Origin: a virus
Lineage: Duplodnaviria > Caudoviricetes
Reading direction: 5' to 3' (one strand)
DNA length: 64,000 bases
IMG/VR virus record: IMGVR_UViG_3300014204_000114
Span: 64,001-128,000 of that record
The position numbers and the translations under genes were made by a program. Below, piece after piece: positions 43,214 through 53,130 of this stretch (the first letter of the stretch is position 1; each line of letters opens with the position of its first letter). Under the pieces are notes generated by a model. That model was not told the origin of the DNA. It ran no database searches and was given only the letters and a program-made list of their open reading frames with translations.

Positions 43214-45583
43214 ATGAGTCTGTCTGATATCATCGTTAAAGAACGTTATGCTCACCCCGGAGAAGAACACTGGGAAGATGTTGCCAAAAGAGTCTCAAAA
43301 TATGTCGCGCAGGCAGAAAAAGAAGAGATGTACGAAAAAGTATGGAGAGACTTCCTTTCTATAATTTCAACTAAACAGTTTATTCCCGGAGGTAGAATCC
43401 TAGCTAATGCGGGTAGACCCAGGGGACAGTTAATGAATTGCATAGTCATTCCGTTAGATGATTCCAGAGAATCTATAGGGCAGATGATCAAAGAGTACCT
43501 TATGATATCCGGAACCGGAGGAGGAGTAGGAGTTTCATTTTCGAATCTACGCCCTAAAGGAGCTAAGATTAGGACTAATGGAGGAGTAAGTTCGGGCGCT
43601 ATAAGTTTTATGGACCTTCTAAATGCTGCAGGAGAGACAATAAAAACAGGCGGCGGAAGGCGTGCAGCAACAATGATATCCATGTCTATATATCATCCTG
43701 ATATTATAGACTTCATAGAACATAAAACGAATCTGGACAGATTAAACAACGCTAATATATCAGTTGAGATAGACAATAATTTTATACAAGCTGTCAGAAA
43801 AGACAAAACTATAGTATTAGGCTGGCCGCCGGACAGAGAATACAAAGGCAAAGAAATAAAAGCCAGGGAACTATGGAATAAAATAGTTGATAATGCATTA
43901 AGATGCGGCGAACCTGGAGTATTAAACTTAGGATTAGCAAATGATTTAAGTAATGGATATTACTTCGAGAAATACACGAGTACAAATCCTTGTCACTCGG
44001 GGTCAACATTAGTAGCTGTAGCGGACGGAAGAAATGCTGTAAGCTTTGAGCAACTAGCTTTAGAAGATAAAGATGTTCCGGTATATACTTACGAGAATGG
44101 CAAGATAGTAATTAAAACAATGCGTCATCCTAGAGTAACAGGCGAGAGTGAAGATGTTTATAAGGTTACTTTTGATAATGGTACATCCACTAAGGTAACC
44201 GGCAATCATAAGTTTATATTAAGAAATGGAGATAAGAAAGAGACGTTGCAGCTTAAGCCCGGTGATTCAATGTGCGCTACGCTTGCCGATGAACTTCTCA
44301 ACGTGTCTCCTAGAAAAGCTAGAGATTGGAAAGCTCCTCGTCGCGGTCTTATAAGAAGAGAATGTGAATGCTGCGGGAAAGAATTCAATATCCCTAATAG
44401 CAAAAGAGAAATAAGTTTTTGTTCTGATGAATGTAGTGCTAAATATATTTTATCAGAAAAAAGAAGCCATGTCCCTGAGAATATAGATTATAACTGCAAA
44501 GTGGTATCTGTTAAATACGTAGGCAAAGAGAAAGTTTATAATGGGACTGTCGATGATGTTCATACTTTAATGACTTATCACCCTCTTGATGATGGATCTT
44601 CAATGTTATTAAATAGTTGTCAATGTGGGGAGCTCCCTTTGCCAAATTATGGTGCGTGCGACTTAGGAGCTATTAATGTAGCCGAGTTTACGTCTGCTAG
44701 AGGATTCGAATGGGAGAAGTTTAAGACTGTCATCCCTGTCGCGGTTAGGTTCCTTGATAATGTCACTGACGTAAATGAATACCCATTAGAAGCCATCAAA
44801 ACTAAATGTATGGATACCAGAAGGATAGGGCTTGGTTTAATGGGCTTACACACGGCAATGCTCAAGATGGGAATCAAATACTCTTCTGATGATGGTATTG
44901 CTTTCGTAGAGAAATTATACGAGACTTTAAGAGACGTATCATATATGTCTTCGGCATTCCTCGCGAAAGAAAAGGGTTCATTCCAAAAATTTGATCGGGA
45001 CCTATATCTAAAAGGCAAGTTCGTTAAGAACCTCCCGACTCTAGTTAAAAATACGATTAGAAACTATGGGATCAGGAACTTAGCTTTAAATACAAACGCT
45101 CCAACAGGGACTACCGCATTAGTATGCGGAGTGTCCTCAGGGATAGAACCAATATTTGCCCCGGTATACGAGAGAACATTTAAATCTACAGAAGCCAAAG
45201 AAGGGTTTAAAACTGAAGTCGTGATGGACCCTATAGTAGAATCTCTACTTAAAACGTCCGGGAATCTTACGAATGTAGAGTATTTCGAAGGTGCATACGA
45301 CATAACTCCCGAAAAACATTTTGAAATTCAGGCTGCGGCACAACAGTACATAGATCAGGCTATAAGTAAAACAATAAACTTACCCGAGGACTATAAGACT
45401 GAAAATCTTAGCGAGATATGGCTTAAGTACCTCGATCAGGTAAAAGGAGTAACAATATATAGAGCTGGTTCCAGAGGAAGTGAACCCCTTAAACCCTTAC
45501 CTCTTAATACCAAGAATATTAAGAGAGTAACGAAATCTGAATCCGTGGAAGTAAAGTGTGCATCGGGGGTGTGTAATGTGTGA
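43214..45583 (+). CDS. nrdJ: Ribonucleotide reductase, probably class II (AdoCbl-dependent), with intein
   Basis: PGGRIL, NC, GGGVG, GG.RRAA, TNP|CGE, CDLG.IN, R.IGLG, APTGT; no beta subunit in the window. Confidence 0.85.
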   Translation: MSLSDIIVKERYAHPGEEHWEDVAKRVSKYVAQAEKEEMYEKVWRDFLSIISTKQFIPGGRILANAGRPRGQLMNCIVIPLDDSRESIGQMIKEYLMISGTGGGVGVSFSNLRPKGAKIRTNGGVSSGAISFMDLLNAAGETIKTGGGRRAATMISMSIYHPDIIDFIEHKTNLDRLNNANISVEIDNNFIQAVRKDKTIVLGWPPDREYKGKEIKARELWNKIVDNALRCGEPGVLNLGLANDLSNGYYFEKYTSTNPCHSGSTLVAVADGRNAVSFEQLALEDKDVPVYTYENGKIVIKTMRHPRVTGESEDVYKVTFDNGTSTKVTGNHKFILRNGDKKETLQLKPGDSMCATLADELLNVSPRKARDWKAPRRGLIRRECECCGKEFNIPNSKREISFCSDECSAKYILSEKRSHVPENIDYNCKVVSVKYVGKEKVYNGTVDDVHTLMTYHPLDDGSSMLLNSCQCGELPLPNYGACDLGAINVAEFTSARGFEWEKFKTVIPVAVRFLDNVTDVNEYPLEAIKTKCMDTRRIGLGLMGLHTAMLKMGIKYSSDDGIAFVEKLYETLRDVSYMSSAFLAKEKGSFQKFDRDLYLKGKFVKNLPTLVKNTIRNYGIRNLALNTNAPTGTTALVCGVSSGIEPIFAPVYERTFKSTEAKEGFKTEVVMDPIVESLLKTSGNLTNVEYFEGAYDITPEKHFEIQAAAQQYIDQAISKTINLPEDYKTENLSEIWLKYLDQVKGVTIYRAGSRGSEPLKPLPLNTKNIKRVTKSESVEVKCASGVCNV
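43991..44623 (+). mobile_element. Intein (211 aa) in the RNR active site, ending in Gln, with a zinc-finger remnant
   Basis: STNP|CHSGSTLV...VTGNHKF...VYNGTVDDVH...SCQ|CGE. Confidence 0.85.
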
Positions 45584-45978
45584 TCACGAACTTGATATAG
45601 ATATTGAGCTTTTGCTGCAGAAACTTATTGACAGAGCCAGGAGGGATCTGGTAAACTATTCTCTCAAGTTGGTGAGACATAGAGAGTTGAAGAATATGGA
45701 TATATATAATTTTAGCACATGCTTATGCTTCCTGTTTGATGATAATTATGAAATTCAATGGGGAGATATGAGAGTTAAGATGTATGATATTCTTCAGACT
45801 TTAAGGCTTGATATGGACTATATGAGAAAGATGTGGAAAGAAGATTTGAAGATCGCATTAGAATTAGAGTATGAGAGGACATATAATAAGAAAGCTGTAG
45901 CTAATGTTGATTCGTTTCTGAAAACGCTCGAAGAAGAAAATATAACTTTTTACTGTTTGAAAGGGGATTGTAAGAAGC

Positions 45979-47079
45979 ATGTCTAAGAAAAAAGAAAAAG
46001 CACAAGAAGCGCCTAAGGTATTAGACAATAGGTCTGATGCGGAGAGAGCGTTCGATATAATTACTCAGAAGCACGGCGCTGGATCCATATTCAGAATGGG
46101 CGTATGCGAATCCCTGAATATAGAAGTTGTTTCTACTGGAGATCCATTGCTTGATTGTTTATTAGGCATATGGGGTTTGCCATACGGAAGAATAGTAGAA
46201 TTTTATGGGAAAGAACAGTCCGGGAAAACAACATTGTTATTACAAACAATAGCTAACGCCCAGAAACAAAAGAAATTGTGTGCAGTAGTCGACGCTGAGC
46301 ATGCGCTAGATATAGGTTATGCCAAGTCTTTAGGCGTAGACGTAAATAATCTTTTATTATCCCAGCCTGATAATGGCGAACAGGCTCTCACTATAGTAGA
46401 AGATTTGATCAGAGCTGGGGCTAAAGTAGTAGCTGTTGATTCTGTAGCAGCTCTAACTCCAAAAGCAGAAATCGAAGGTGAAATAGGGGACAGTCATGTT
46501 GGGCTTCAGGCGAGAATGATGTCTCAGGCTATGAGGAAGCTTACTGCTTTAGTAGATAATAGTAAAACGCTATTAATTTTTACCAATCAATTAAGATCTA
46601 CCATCATGAGTTATAGTGGACCGACTACTACCGGAGGAAACGCCCTCAAATATTATGCTTCTATAAGATTAGATATGAGAGCTTTAGGAGACGCTAGTTC
46701 TATAAAGGTAGAAGAGAAAAGAATAGGCGGAAAGTTTGCAGTAAAAGTAGTTAAGAATAAATTGTCCACTCCATTTAAAGAGGGCGAATTAACTATCATA
46801 TACGGTAAAGGCTTTTCTAAAGGTTACGATCTTATAGAATTAGGATTAATATCCAACGTTGTGGGGAAAAGCGGGAGCTGGTTTTCGTATAAAGGAGAGA
46901 GACTGGGACAAGGACAATATAACGCCTCATTATTTATAGAAAGCAACCCTGAATTATACGAAAAAATATACGCAGAAGCTAAACAAACTTTTAAATCCGA
47001 AATAATACCTAACGTGGAATTGAAAGAGGAAGAGGAAGAAATTGGAGATAGCACTAAAGAGCCTGAATCAGTCGATTAA
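45979..47079 (+). CDS. recA: Recombinase RecA
   Basis: GKEQSGKTT, DAEHALD, SQPDNGEQAL, DSVAAL, GLQARMMSQAMRK, GGNALKYYAS. Confidence 0.97.
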   Translation: MSKKKEKAQEAPKVLDNRSDAERAFDIITQKHGAGSIFRMGVCESLNIEVVSTGDPLLDCLLGIWGLPYGRIVEFYGKEQSGKTTLLLQTIANAQKQKKLCAVVDAEHALDIGYAKSLGVDVNNLLLSQPDNGEQALTIVEDLIRAGAKVVAVDSVAALTPKAEIEGEIGDSHVGLQARMMSQAMRKLTALVDNSKTLLIFTNQLRSTIMSYSGPTTTGGNALKYYASIRLDMRALGDASSIKVEEKRIGGKFAVKVVKNKLSTPFKEGELTIIYGKGFSKGYDLIELGLISNVVGKSGSWFSYKGERLGQGQYNASLFIESNPELYEKIYAEAKQTFKSEIIPNVELKEEEEEIGDSTKEPESVD

Positions 47080-47662
47080 ATCCTGTGAAGAATGTAAGGA
47101 CATAAGAAAATATACATTCAACTGTGTACTCTCTAAAGGAGATCCTCAAGCTCCTACAATGATTATAGGAGAAGCCCCGGGCAGAGAAGAGACTGAACAG
47201 GGGATTCCTTTTGTAGGTATGGCAGGGAAGATATTAAATGAGGCTCTGGATTTATGCGCCGAGGCCAATATACATTATAATCTCTACATTACGAATGCTG
47301 TGAAGTGTCGTCCGACAATAGAAGGAAAGAAGAACAGGCCTCCTACATGTGACGAGATAGTAAACTGTAATGTGTTTCTTATGAGAGAGATAAACATCTT
47401 AAGGCCCAGACATATAATCCTTTTAGGAGCGACGGCATATAAAGCCATTACGGATAATCCTGAGAGCTATACTCCTATAACTAAGTTGGTTAATGAGGGA
47501 TGCAGAGTGCCTCAAGAAAATATTTCAGAAAGAATCAGATGTTCATCCAAAGTATATGTAACGTATCATCCCGCCGCGACTATATATAATACAGGGACAA
47601 AAAAAGCTTTTCTAAATAGCATAGTTAGAATTTTGAGGAAGTGTGATGGAACTGTTGTTTGA
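47042..47662 (+). CDS. Uracil-DNA glycosylase, family 4
   Basis: CEEC, GEAPG..E..QGIPFVG, NAVKCRP, TYHPA. Confidence 0.92.
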   Translation: MEIALKSLNQSIKSCEECKDIRKYTFNCVLSKGDPQAPTMIIGEAPGREETEQGIPFVGMAGKILNEALDLCAEANIHYNLYITNAVKCRPTIEGKKNRPPTCDEIVNCNVFLMREINILRPRHIILLGATAYKAITDNPESYTPITKLVNEGCRVPQENISERIRCSSKVYVTYHPAATIYNTGTKKAFLNSIVRILRKCDGTVV

Positions 47663-48507
47663 TAGTAGTAACGATAGAGCTAAACTTGATTTTGAAAATA
47701 TGAAAAATGAAATGGCTCAATATATAAACTCTATCGATTTAGAACAAGGGAAGTGTCATGGATGGAATATCTTTGGGAGCGATGTATCTACACGATTTAT
47801 CGTGTATACTTATATTTTCGAGCGTGATTACATCGACAATACAGATTACAATGATCTATACGATATAGAAGACGATTTCATGGAAACTTGGTTCGAGATT
47901 TGCGAAGCTGAATCTTTAGCCGAGTACGGATGGGAAAGGAATAGAATGTTTTATGCGATCTTTGCGCTGCCCGAAAACTGGCAAGACATTATTAAGAAAA
48001 AATACTTCTAACGATAACTAGCTTACGAGGATGATATGACTATACCTTTAAGAGATTTATACGAAGTTAGTTTCATAGATCGTGATTATAAAGAATTATA
48101 TCTTCTTGACGTGTGGGCTCTTGACGCATACGAAGCTGCCATGAAAGCTTTGTACTGGAATGATGACGATAATAGTCTGAATATAGATGGGCACAAGAAA
48201 AAACTCGATGAGATTCATGTTGTTTTAAAAACTAAAGGTTGCGAAGAATGGACATTTTTTAAAGTTGTCCGCCATAAAAGAAAGAATCTGAATTATACTC
48301 CGATGAATAACTACTATACGATAAGAGAGATCGAACGATGAAAAACTGCCCAAAAAGAATAAGAAAGCAGAAGGAAAGAGAAGAGGGGTATTACAAATTG
48401 CCTATGGGTCCATGTATGTGGTTCTTATATCGATTCTCATATCCAGGGACATGCGTCAAAGCGGACGGATCATTGCAGTGTCCTACAAACGGTCATGTAT
48501 GTAAGGA

Positions 48508-49425
48508 TTGCCCTTGTTTATAAATTTACATCTGCATAGTCAGTACTCCGTATTCGATGGCACTATCGAAATAGATAAGCTCGCGGAGTATCTTAAAGAT
48601 AAAGCCCCGGGGTGTGCCATTACAGACCATGGGGTAATGCATGGATGCGTTAAGTTTTATAAGATATTTAAGAAAGCAGGACTGAAACCTATCCTGGGTT
48701 CAGAAATGTACATTACTTCCGTGGATAAAGGAACGCCGTATGATAAGATCCCTAATAAACAATCAGCTAAAGAAGAAAGAGGTATAGCAAAAGAGAGATA
48801 TCATATAATTCTATTAGCAAAGAACAACGAAGGCTATTCAAACTTATGTAGGATAGTTTCGGAGGGACATCTCCGCGGGTATTATTACAAACCAAGAATA
48901 GATCTGGAAGTCCTTAAGAAATATAAAGAAGGGATAGTAGTAACCTCAGCATGTATATTCGGAGAAGTCTCTAACTTACTTATTAAATCAGTAACCGAAC
49001 AAGAGGGAGAGTATTATTTAAAAGCTAAGGAAGTAACCAAGAAGTTCCTGGATATATTCGGGGACGATTATTACTTAGAAGTACAGGATAACGGAGCTAA
49101 GGAGCAATATATAGCCAATCCATTGATCTCTCAATTGGGTGAAGAATTAAGCATACCTATTGTGGCTACTTCGGATTCTCATTATCTTAAAAAAGAAGAT
49201 ATTAAGACGTTCGCATTAGGAATGAAGATGCAAACTTATGATTCCGCGAAGAAGAAATCCTCATACGAAGTAGATATGAATATGAAATTATGGGTCAAGA
49301 CAGAAGAAGATTTTATATCTGAACTGAGTATAAAAAAAGAGTACTGCGATAATACAGAGCTGGTTTTTAATAAATGTAATGTGTCTCTACCGCTAGGGAC
49401 GTTGAAGTTTCCGGAGGTTGCATGA
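48508..49425 (+). CDS. dnaE: DNA polymerase III alpha fragment 1 (PHP domain)
   Basis: LHLHSQYS..DG, TDHG, KPILGSE, H.ILLAKN..GY.NL, YYKPRID, SAC, YYLEVQ, TSDSHY; ends at LKFP. Confidence 0.9.
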   Translation: MPLFINLHLHSQYSVFDGTIEIDKLAEYLKDKAPGCAITDHGVMHGCVKFYKIFKKAGLKPILGSEMYITSVDKGTPYDKIPNKQSAKEERGIAKERYHIILLAKNNEGYSNLCRIVSEGHLRGYYYKPRIDLEVLKKYKEGIVVTSACIFGEVSNLLIKSVTEQEGEYYLKAKEVTKKFLDIFGDDYYLEVQDNGAKEQYIANPLISQLGEELSIPIVATSDSHYLKKEDIKTFALGMKMQTYDSAKKKSSYEVDMNMKLWVKTEEDFISELSIKKEYCDNTELVFNKCNVSLPLGTLKFPEVA

Positions 49426-49910
49426 ATAAAACAATATGGACTCAGCCTGGGAATAAAACTCATATAGGCAAAATCCTTATAAAAGAGCATGAAGAAAATA
49501 ATCGTAAAGCTTATACTATGATAGTTAGAGGAAAATTACTTAAGAAGTGCTGGAGATTTCCATTTACTTATATTCATACAGGTAACTTAGTAGAACCAAT
49601 ACGTTTATACTTTCAAGTTATAGCTAAGGCTCCTAACTCTACTATGATACTAACTCAAAGTATATGTATGCCGGGAGCAGAGGATCTTAGAGAAGAGCAT
49701 AGCTTTAATGATATTATAGATGCTATTAATAAAGGTCTTATACATAAGGTATTTTTAAAAGCTACACTAAATGATCTAGCTACTAGTGCCCTTGAGGTTT
49801 CAGACCCTAATCTGCAGCAGAATAAGAACTATTATCTTCTAGAGGAACTAAAGAAGACAAGCGCTAGTCAATCCGTACTTACTTCTATCGAGGAGAGTGG
49901 GAGAATATGA
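49422..49910 (+). CDS. Hypothetical protein between dnaE fragments
   Basis: ATGA overlaps at both ends. Confidence 0.6.
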   Translation: MNKTIWTQPGNKTHIGKILIKEHEENNRKAYTMIVRGKLLKKCWRFPFTYIHTGNLVEPIRLYFQVIAKAPNSTMILTQSICMPGAEDLREEHSFNDIIDAINKGLIHKVFLKATLNDLATSALEVSDPNLQQNKNYYLLEELKKTSASQSVLTSIEESGRI

Positions 49911-50095
49911 GTTTTAGAGTAACAGACGAATGTATTAATTGCGGTATGTGCGAGGCTGATTGCCCCGTAGAGGCTATAACTTCTGACGGAGGGAAGTGTA
50001 GTATAGACCCAACCAAATGCGTTGAGTGTAAATATTTCTACGAAGAACCTCAGTGTGTGTCTAATTGTCCTGTAGGAGCCCACGAAAAGGTATGA
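49907..50095 (+). CDS. 2x[4Fe-4S] ferredoxin
   Basis: [12 protein letters not shown] and [12 protein letters not shown]. Confidence 0.92.
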   Translation: MSFRVTDECINCGMCEADCPVEAITSDGGKCSIDPTKCVECKYFYEEPQCVSNCPVGAHEKV

Positions 50096-50871
50096 GCGTA
50101 GAGACATTCAAAAAGAAAGTTGAAGAAGGATTTGCCAAAAAGATCTTAACCAAAGGATTCTCCCGGGAGATTAAAGATAAGTACCGTAAACAGCTTGATT
50201 ATGAGATAGAGATCATAACTAGGATGGGGTTTGCGGATTACTTTTTAATACTTCAAGACATGATCGGCTGGGCTAAAGGTGAGAATATACTTATAGGTCC
50301 TGGAAGAGGATGTTTACATCCAAGCGTATTTATCAGGACTCTCAAAGGGTTAATAAAAATCAAGAATATAAGAGTAGGAGACGAAGTATTATCTGATGAT
50401 AACAAGTATCATAAAGTATTAAAAGTATTCAGTTATGAAGTCGAAGAAGACTTAGTACAGATCAATACTTATAAGAAGATGACCGACCAGTTATTTACTA
50501 AAGATCACAAGATATTATGTATCAAAGACAAGAAAGCCAGAACTTGGATTAAAGCTAAAGATATATCCGCGGGGGACTTCCTGATAAGACCGCCAAGTAC
50601 GCTTCTAAAAGTTCGCTCTACAAGTATACTAGAGGGATATAGAGGTTTAGTCCATGATCTACAAGTAGAAAAGACTGCTAATTTCTGTACCGAAGGATTT
50701 ATAGTACATAACTCTGCTAGCGGAAGTTTAATTACATACGTATTAGGGATAACGACGATTGATCCTTTGAAATACAATTTGATTTTTGAACGTTTTCTTA
50801 ATCCAGGAAGACATTGGAGATATAAGATGGACTTCCCGGAGTTAACTTATCAGCAGTTCAAGGAGATATGA
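50092..50871 (+). CDS. dnaE: DNA polymerase III alpha fragment 2 (start of palm domain) with mini-intein
   Basis: [22 protein letters not shown]|S.SGSL..YVLGIT.IDP....[10 protein letters not shown]. Confidence 0.9.
   Translation: MSVETFKKKVEEGFAKKILTKGFSREIKDKYRKQLDYEIEIITRMGFADYFLILQDMIGWAKGENILIGPGRGCLHPSVFIRTLKGLIKIKNIRVGDEVLSDDNKYHKVLKVFSYEVEEDLVQINTYKKMTDQLFTKDHKILCIKDKKARTWIKAKDISAGDFLIRPPSTLLKVRSTSILEGYRGLVHDLQVEKTANFCTEGFIVHNSASGSLITYVLGITTIDPLKYNLIFERFLNPGRHWRYKMDFPELTYQQFKEI
50311..50712 (+). mobile_element. Mini-intein (134 aa) in the DnaE GRG|S motif
   Basis: CLHPS...TKDHK...VHDLQVE..ANF...IVHN|S. Confidence 0.9.
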
Positions 50872-51102
50872 TGGAGACTGTTGTATACATAGGCCGCGAC
50901 GGAGAATTCGATAAGAATATAAAAAGAATAGCCGATGCTTTAGAAGAACAGAATAGAATAAATATAATGAATTTATTCTTGCGTATGCTAGAACGTACCG
51001 GATGTAATACGTATGACGTTCTTGAAGGTAGAGATAAGACTATAACTGGTCTTCTTAAAAATTTGAGTAAAATATCTGAAAAACTAAAAGAAGAATTAGA
51101 AC

Positions 51103-51131
51103 TTGACATGAGACAAGAATAAGAATATTAT
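51103..51131 (+). promoter_or_regulatory. sigma70 promoter for the tRNA cluster
   Basis: TTGACA-N17-TATTAT. Confidence 0.7.
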
Positions 51132-51169
51132 AAGACATAAGGAGAAATCCTTAATTAAATATTTTTAAT

Positions 51170-51258
51170 GCCGAGATATCCAAGCTGGCTAAAGGAATCA
51201 GACTGTAGATCTGACAGGCTTTGTCCTTTCGGGGATTCAAATTCTCCTCTCGGCACCA
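51170..51258 (+). tRNA. tRNA-Tyr(GTA)
   Basis: gccgaga/tctcggc acceptor stem, tcaga-ctGTAga-tctga anticodon arm, long variable arm, encoded CCA. Confidence 0.88.
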
Positions 51259-51269
51259 GAAATTATTGA

Positions 51270-51345
51270 GCCTACGTATCTCAACTGATAGAGAGCCGCA
51301 CCTGTACTGCGGATGTTAGGGGTTTGAGACCTCTCGTAGGCTCCA
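51270..51345 (+). tRNA. tRNA-Thr(TGT)
   Basis: gcctacg/cgtaggc acceptor stem, ccgca-ccTGTac-tgcgg, encoded CCA; atypical C33. Confidence 0.75.
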
Positions 51346-51349
51346 GTAT

Positions 51350-51422
51350 TCCCGGGTCGCTCAATTGGTAGGGCACGCGGTTACTCATCGCGAGGTTGTA
51401 GGTTCAAATCCTGCCCCGGGAG
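51350..51422 (+). tRNA. tRNA of uncertain identity (nominal anticodon ACT)
   Basis: tcccggg/cccggga acceptor, D arm gctc/gggc, T arm gtagg-ttcaaat-cctgc, loop ttACTca; no encoded CCA. Confidence 0.65.
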
Positions 51423-51453
51423 CACTGCCAATTTTATCTGTAAAGGAAAAGAA

Positions 51454-52076
51454 GATGCACACTACGATAGTAAAAATGAAAGATGGAAGAGAATTTAGAG
51501 GAGCCTTATGGACCTTTAGGCCTCTTGAAGGATGGTTCAATGTCACAGAAGAGGGTTCTCCCGAAAAAATATACTTCAAAGATTGCGAAAGCGTTATTAC
51601 TTTAGGGCAAAGGATTCATCCCGGAGTTACAGAAAATCAGGACGAAATAGAACGAGCAAAAGAAAACTTGCCTCAATTGGTACGCGACGAGCAATACGAT
51701 AAAGGGATTACAGATCCTAAGAAATTAGAAGAGAGGGCCAAAGAAATAATCAAGGAGCTGTACTAAAATGCAAAACATATATTTAATAGGCAAGAGTTTT
51801 CAAGGAGTTAAGTCTATAGACGAATTTGACTATAAGATAATCAATAAGTCCGGGAGACATGCTATTAAAGGTAAGGCTAAGATAACGAAATATACCGGAG
51901 AATACGAAGAGCCCATAGAAGAAGGAATGGAATCCAACATATCTATATGGACGAAGAATAATAAGGAAGTCACAGTCACGACTTTTTACGGCGCAGAAAT
52001 AACAAAAGTTAAGGGGAATGTATTATGGTTCGACATAAGAGCTATGATACCAATACAAGAAAGATTGACTTGTTAA
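51454..52076 (+). CDS. Two hypothetical proteins (about 51455-51766, 51768-52076)
   Basis: First likely starts at MHTTIV after AAGGA SD. Confidence 0.55.
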
Positions 52077-52093
52077 AGTAAAGAAGTTATACT
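52065..52093 (+). promoter_or_regulatory. sigma70 promoter; predicted +1 coincides with ATG 52100
   Basis: TTGACT-N17-TATACT. Confidence 0.8.
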
Positions 52094-52099
52094 ACAGAT

Positions 52100-52141
52100 A
52101 TGAAGATAGAATTCAGCTAGATTCAACGTGCCCCGCCTTGA
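52100..52141 (+). promoter_or_regulatory. Leaderless uORF MKIEFS-(TAG)-IQRAPP-(TGA), candidate arrest-peptide attenuator
   Basis: atg aag ata gaa ttc agc TAG att caa cgt gcc ccg cct TGA; followed by ttctccttg (52142-52150), complementary to taaggagaa SD (52190-52198). Confidence 0.65.
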
Positions 52142-52203
52142 TTCTCCTTGGCATGGAATTGGTTTATAGTAATGATTTGAACAATAAAATAAGGAGAAAA
52201 CAT

Positions 52204-52590
52204 ATGCATCCATATACAGAAAAGAAATTAGAACTTAAAGAAATAGCCAAGAAAATAGTAGTCCTAAAATTCCAACGTAAACCTAACAATAATACTTCAG
52301 GCAAAACACAAAGCGAAATTATTGACACTCTCTTCGACTCTAAACTCGAATACAGGATGAAGCATATTATTTACTGTTTGGCCAGAGGTCGTACGATGGA
52401 ACAGATAGAGAATAAAGTTAGCAAATCTAATAAGTTAGATAAGTATAAGTTATCACATATTGATGGGGCCTTCAAAGTTCTAAAGAAAGAAGCAGCCGAA
52501 TACGAAACTAAGTTGTTAGCAGAACGAAAAGATAAGAAAGAGAAAAGGAATGAAACTGTACGTAGTAACGAGGCGAGACTTACTGCCTAG
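52204..52590 (+). CDS. Basic hypothetical protein with R..H..Y.L.RGR..EQIE motif
   Basis: AAGGAG SD, ATG 52204; overlaps the Pth2-like gene. Confidence 0.75.
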   Translation: MHPYTEKKLELKEIAKKIVVLKFQRKPNNNTSGKTQSEIIDTLFDSKLEYRMKHIIYCLARGRTMEQIENKVSKSNKLDKYKLSHIDGAFKVLKKEAAEYETKLLAERKDKKEKRNETVRSNEARLTA

Positions 52591-52834
52591 TCAACAGGTG
52601 GTTCAAGTCGCTCACGTAGTAGCTAAATATATGCTAGAGAATCCAGGAGAGTGGAATAACGAGACTCTCGTGATTTATGGTGTAAGTAATGAGGTTGAAT
52701 TAGAATCTATATTAAATTCTCTTAAGAAGAGATATGTAAATCATTCCGAATCCAGAGAGCCTGACATGGGCTTGTCTCTAACGGGGATAGCAAGTACGAG
52801 CAGAAATGTTTTTAATAAGTTAAAACTGCTCTAG
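52550..52834 (+). CDS. Peptidyl-tRNA hydrolase 2 (Pth2)-like protein
   Basis: KLYVVTRRDL...Q..VQVAH, W...TLVI, EPD....LT.IA. Confidence 0.8.
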   Translation: MKLYVVTRRDLLPSQQVVQVAHVVAKYMLENPGEWNNETLVIYGVSNEVELESILNSLKKRYVNHSESREPDMGLSLTGIASTSRNVFNKLKLL

Positions 52835-52903
52835 TCGCTCAAATAGATAGGGCAAACGTCTCTAAAACGTAGTATGTTGGTTAGAGTCCAACCTATGGCA
52901 CCA
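52828..52903 (+). tRNA. Amber suppressor-type tRNA (anticodon CTA)
   Basis: 76 nt; acceptor gctctag/ctatggc (one G-U, one mismatch), D arm gctc/gggc, acgt-ctCTAaa-acgt, T arm gttgg-ttagagt-ccaac, A73, encoded CCA. Confidence 0.75.
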
Positions 52904-53130
52904 AATTTTATAAGGAGAAATAAATTGGAAGAACAAAAGAAAGAAACAACTGAAGAATCAAAAGGGTTTAAATCTCTTATCGGGTTACTACTGACCGTAG
53001 CTGTATTTATATCTCTGATATACTTGCCTACAGCAGTAGTAAAGATTGTAGATTTTCAGAAACATAATTCGCCGACTGAAGTTACGATGACTATCGGAGT
53101 AACAGAAACGACAAAGTAAAAGGAGTTAAT

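Noticed and set aside
51365-51454. N-terminal extension of ORF 51365
   Set aside because: Overlaps a tRNA; the real start is likely the downstream SD-led ATG
52828-52903. tRNA-Pyl
   Set aside because: Has the CUA anticodon but a standard 76-nt layout, and no pylS/pylBCD genes are in the window
52550-53119. Readthrough fusion of the Pth2-like gene through two TAGs into ORF 52874-53119
   Set aside because: In frame, but it runs through the tRNA and the downstream gene has its own SD; probably coincidence
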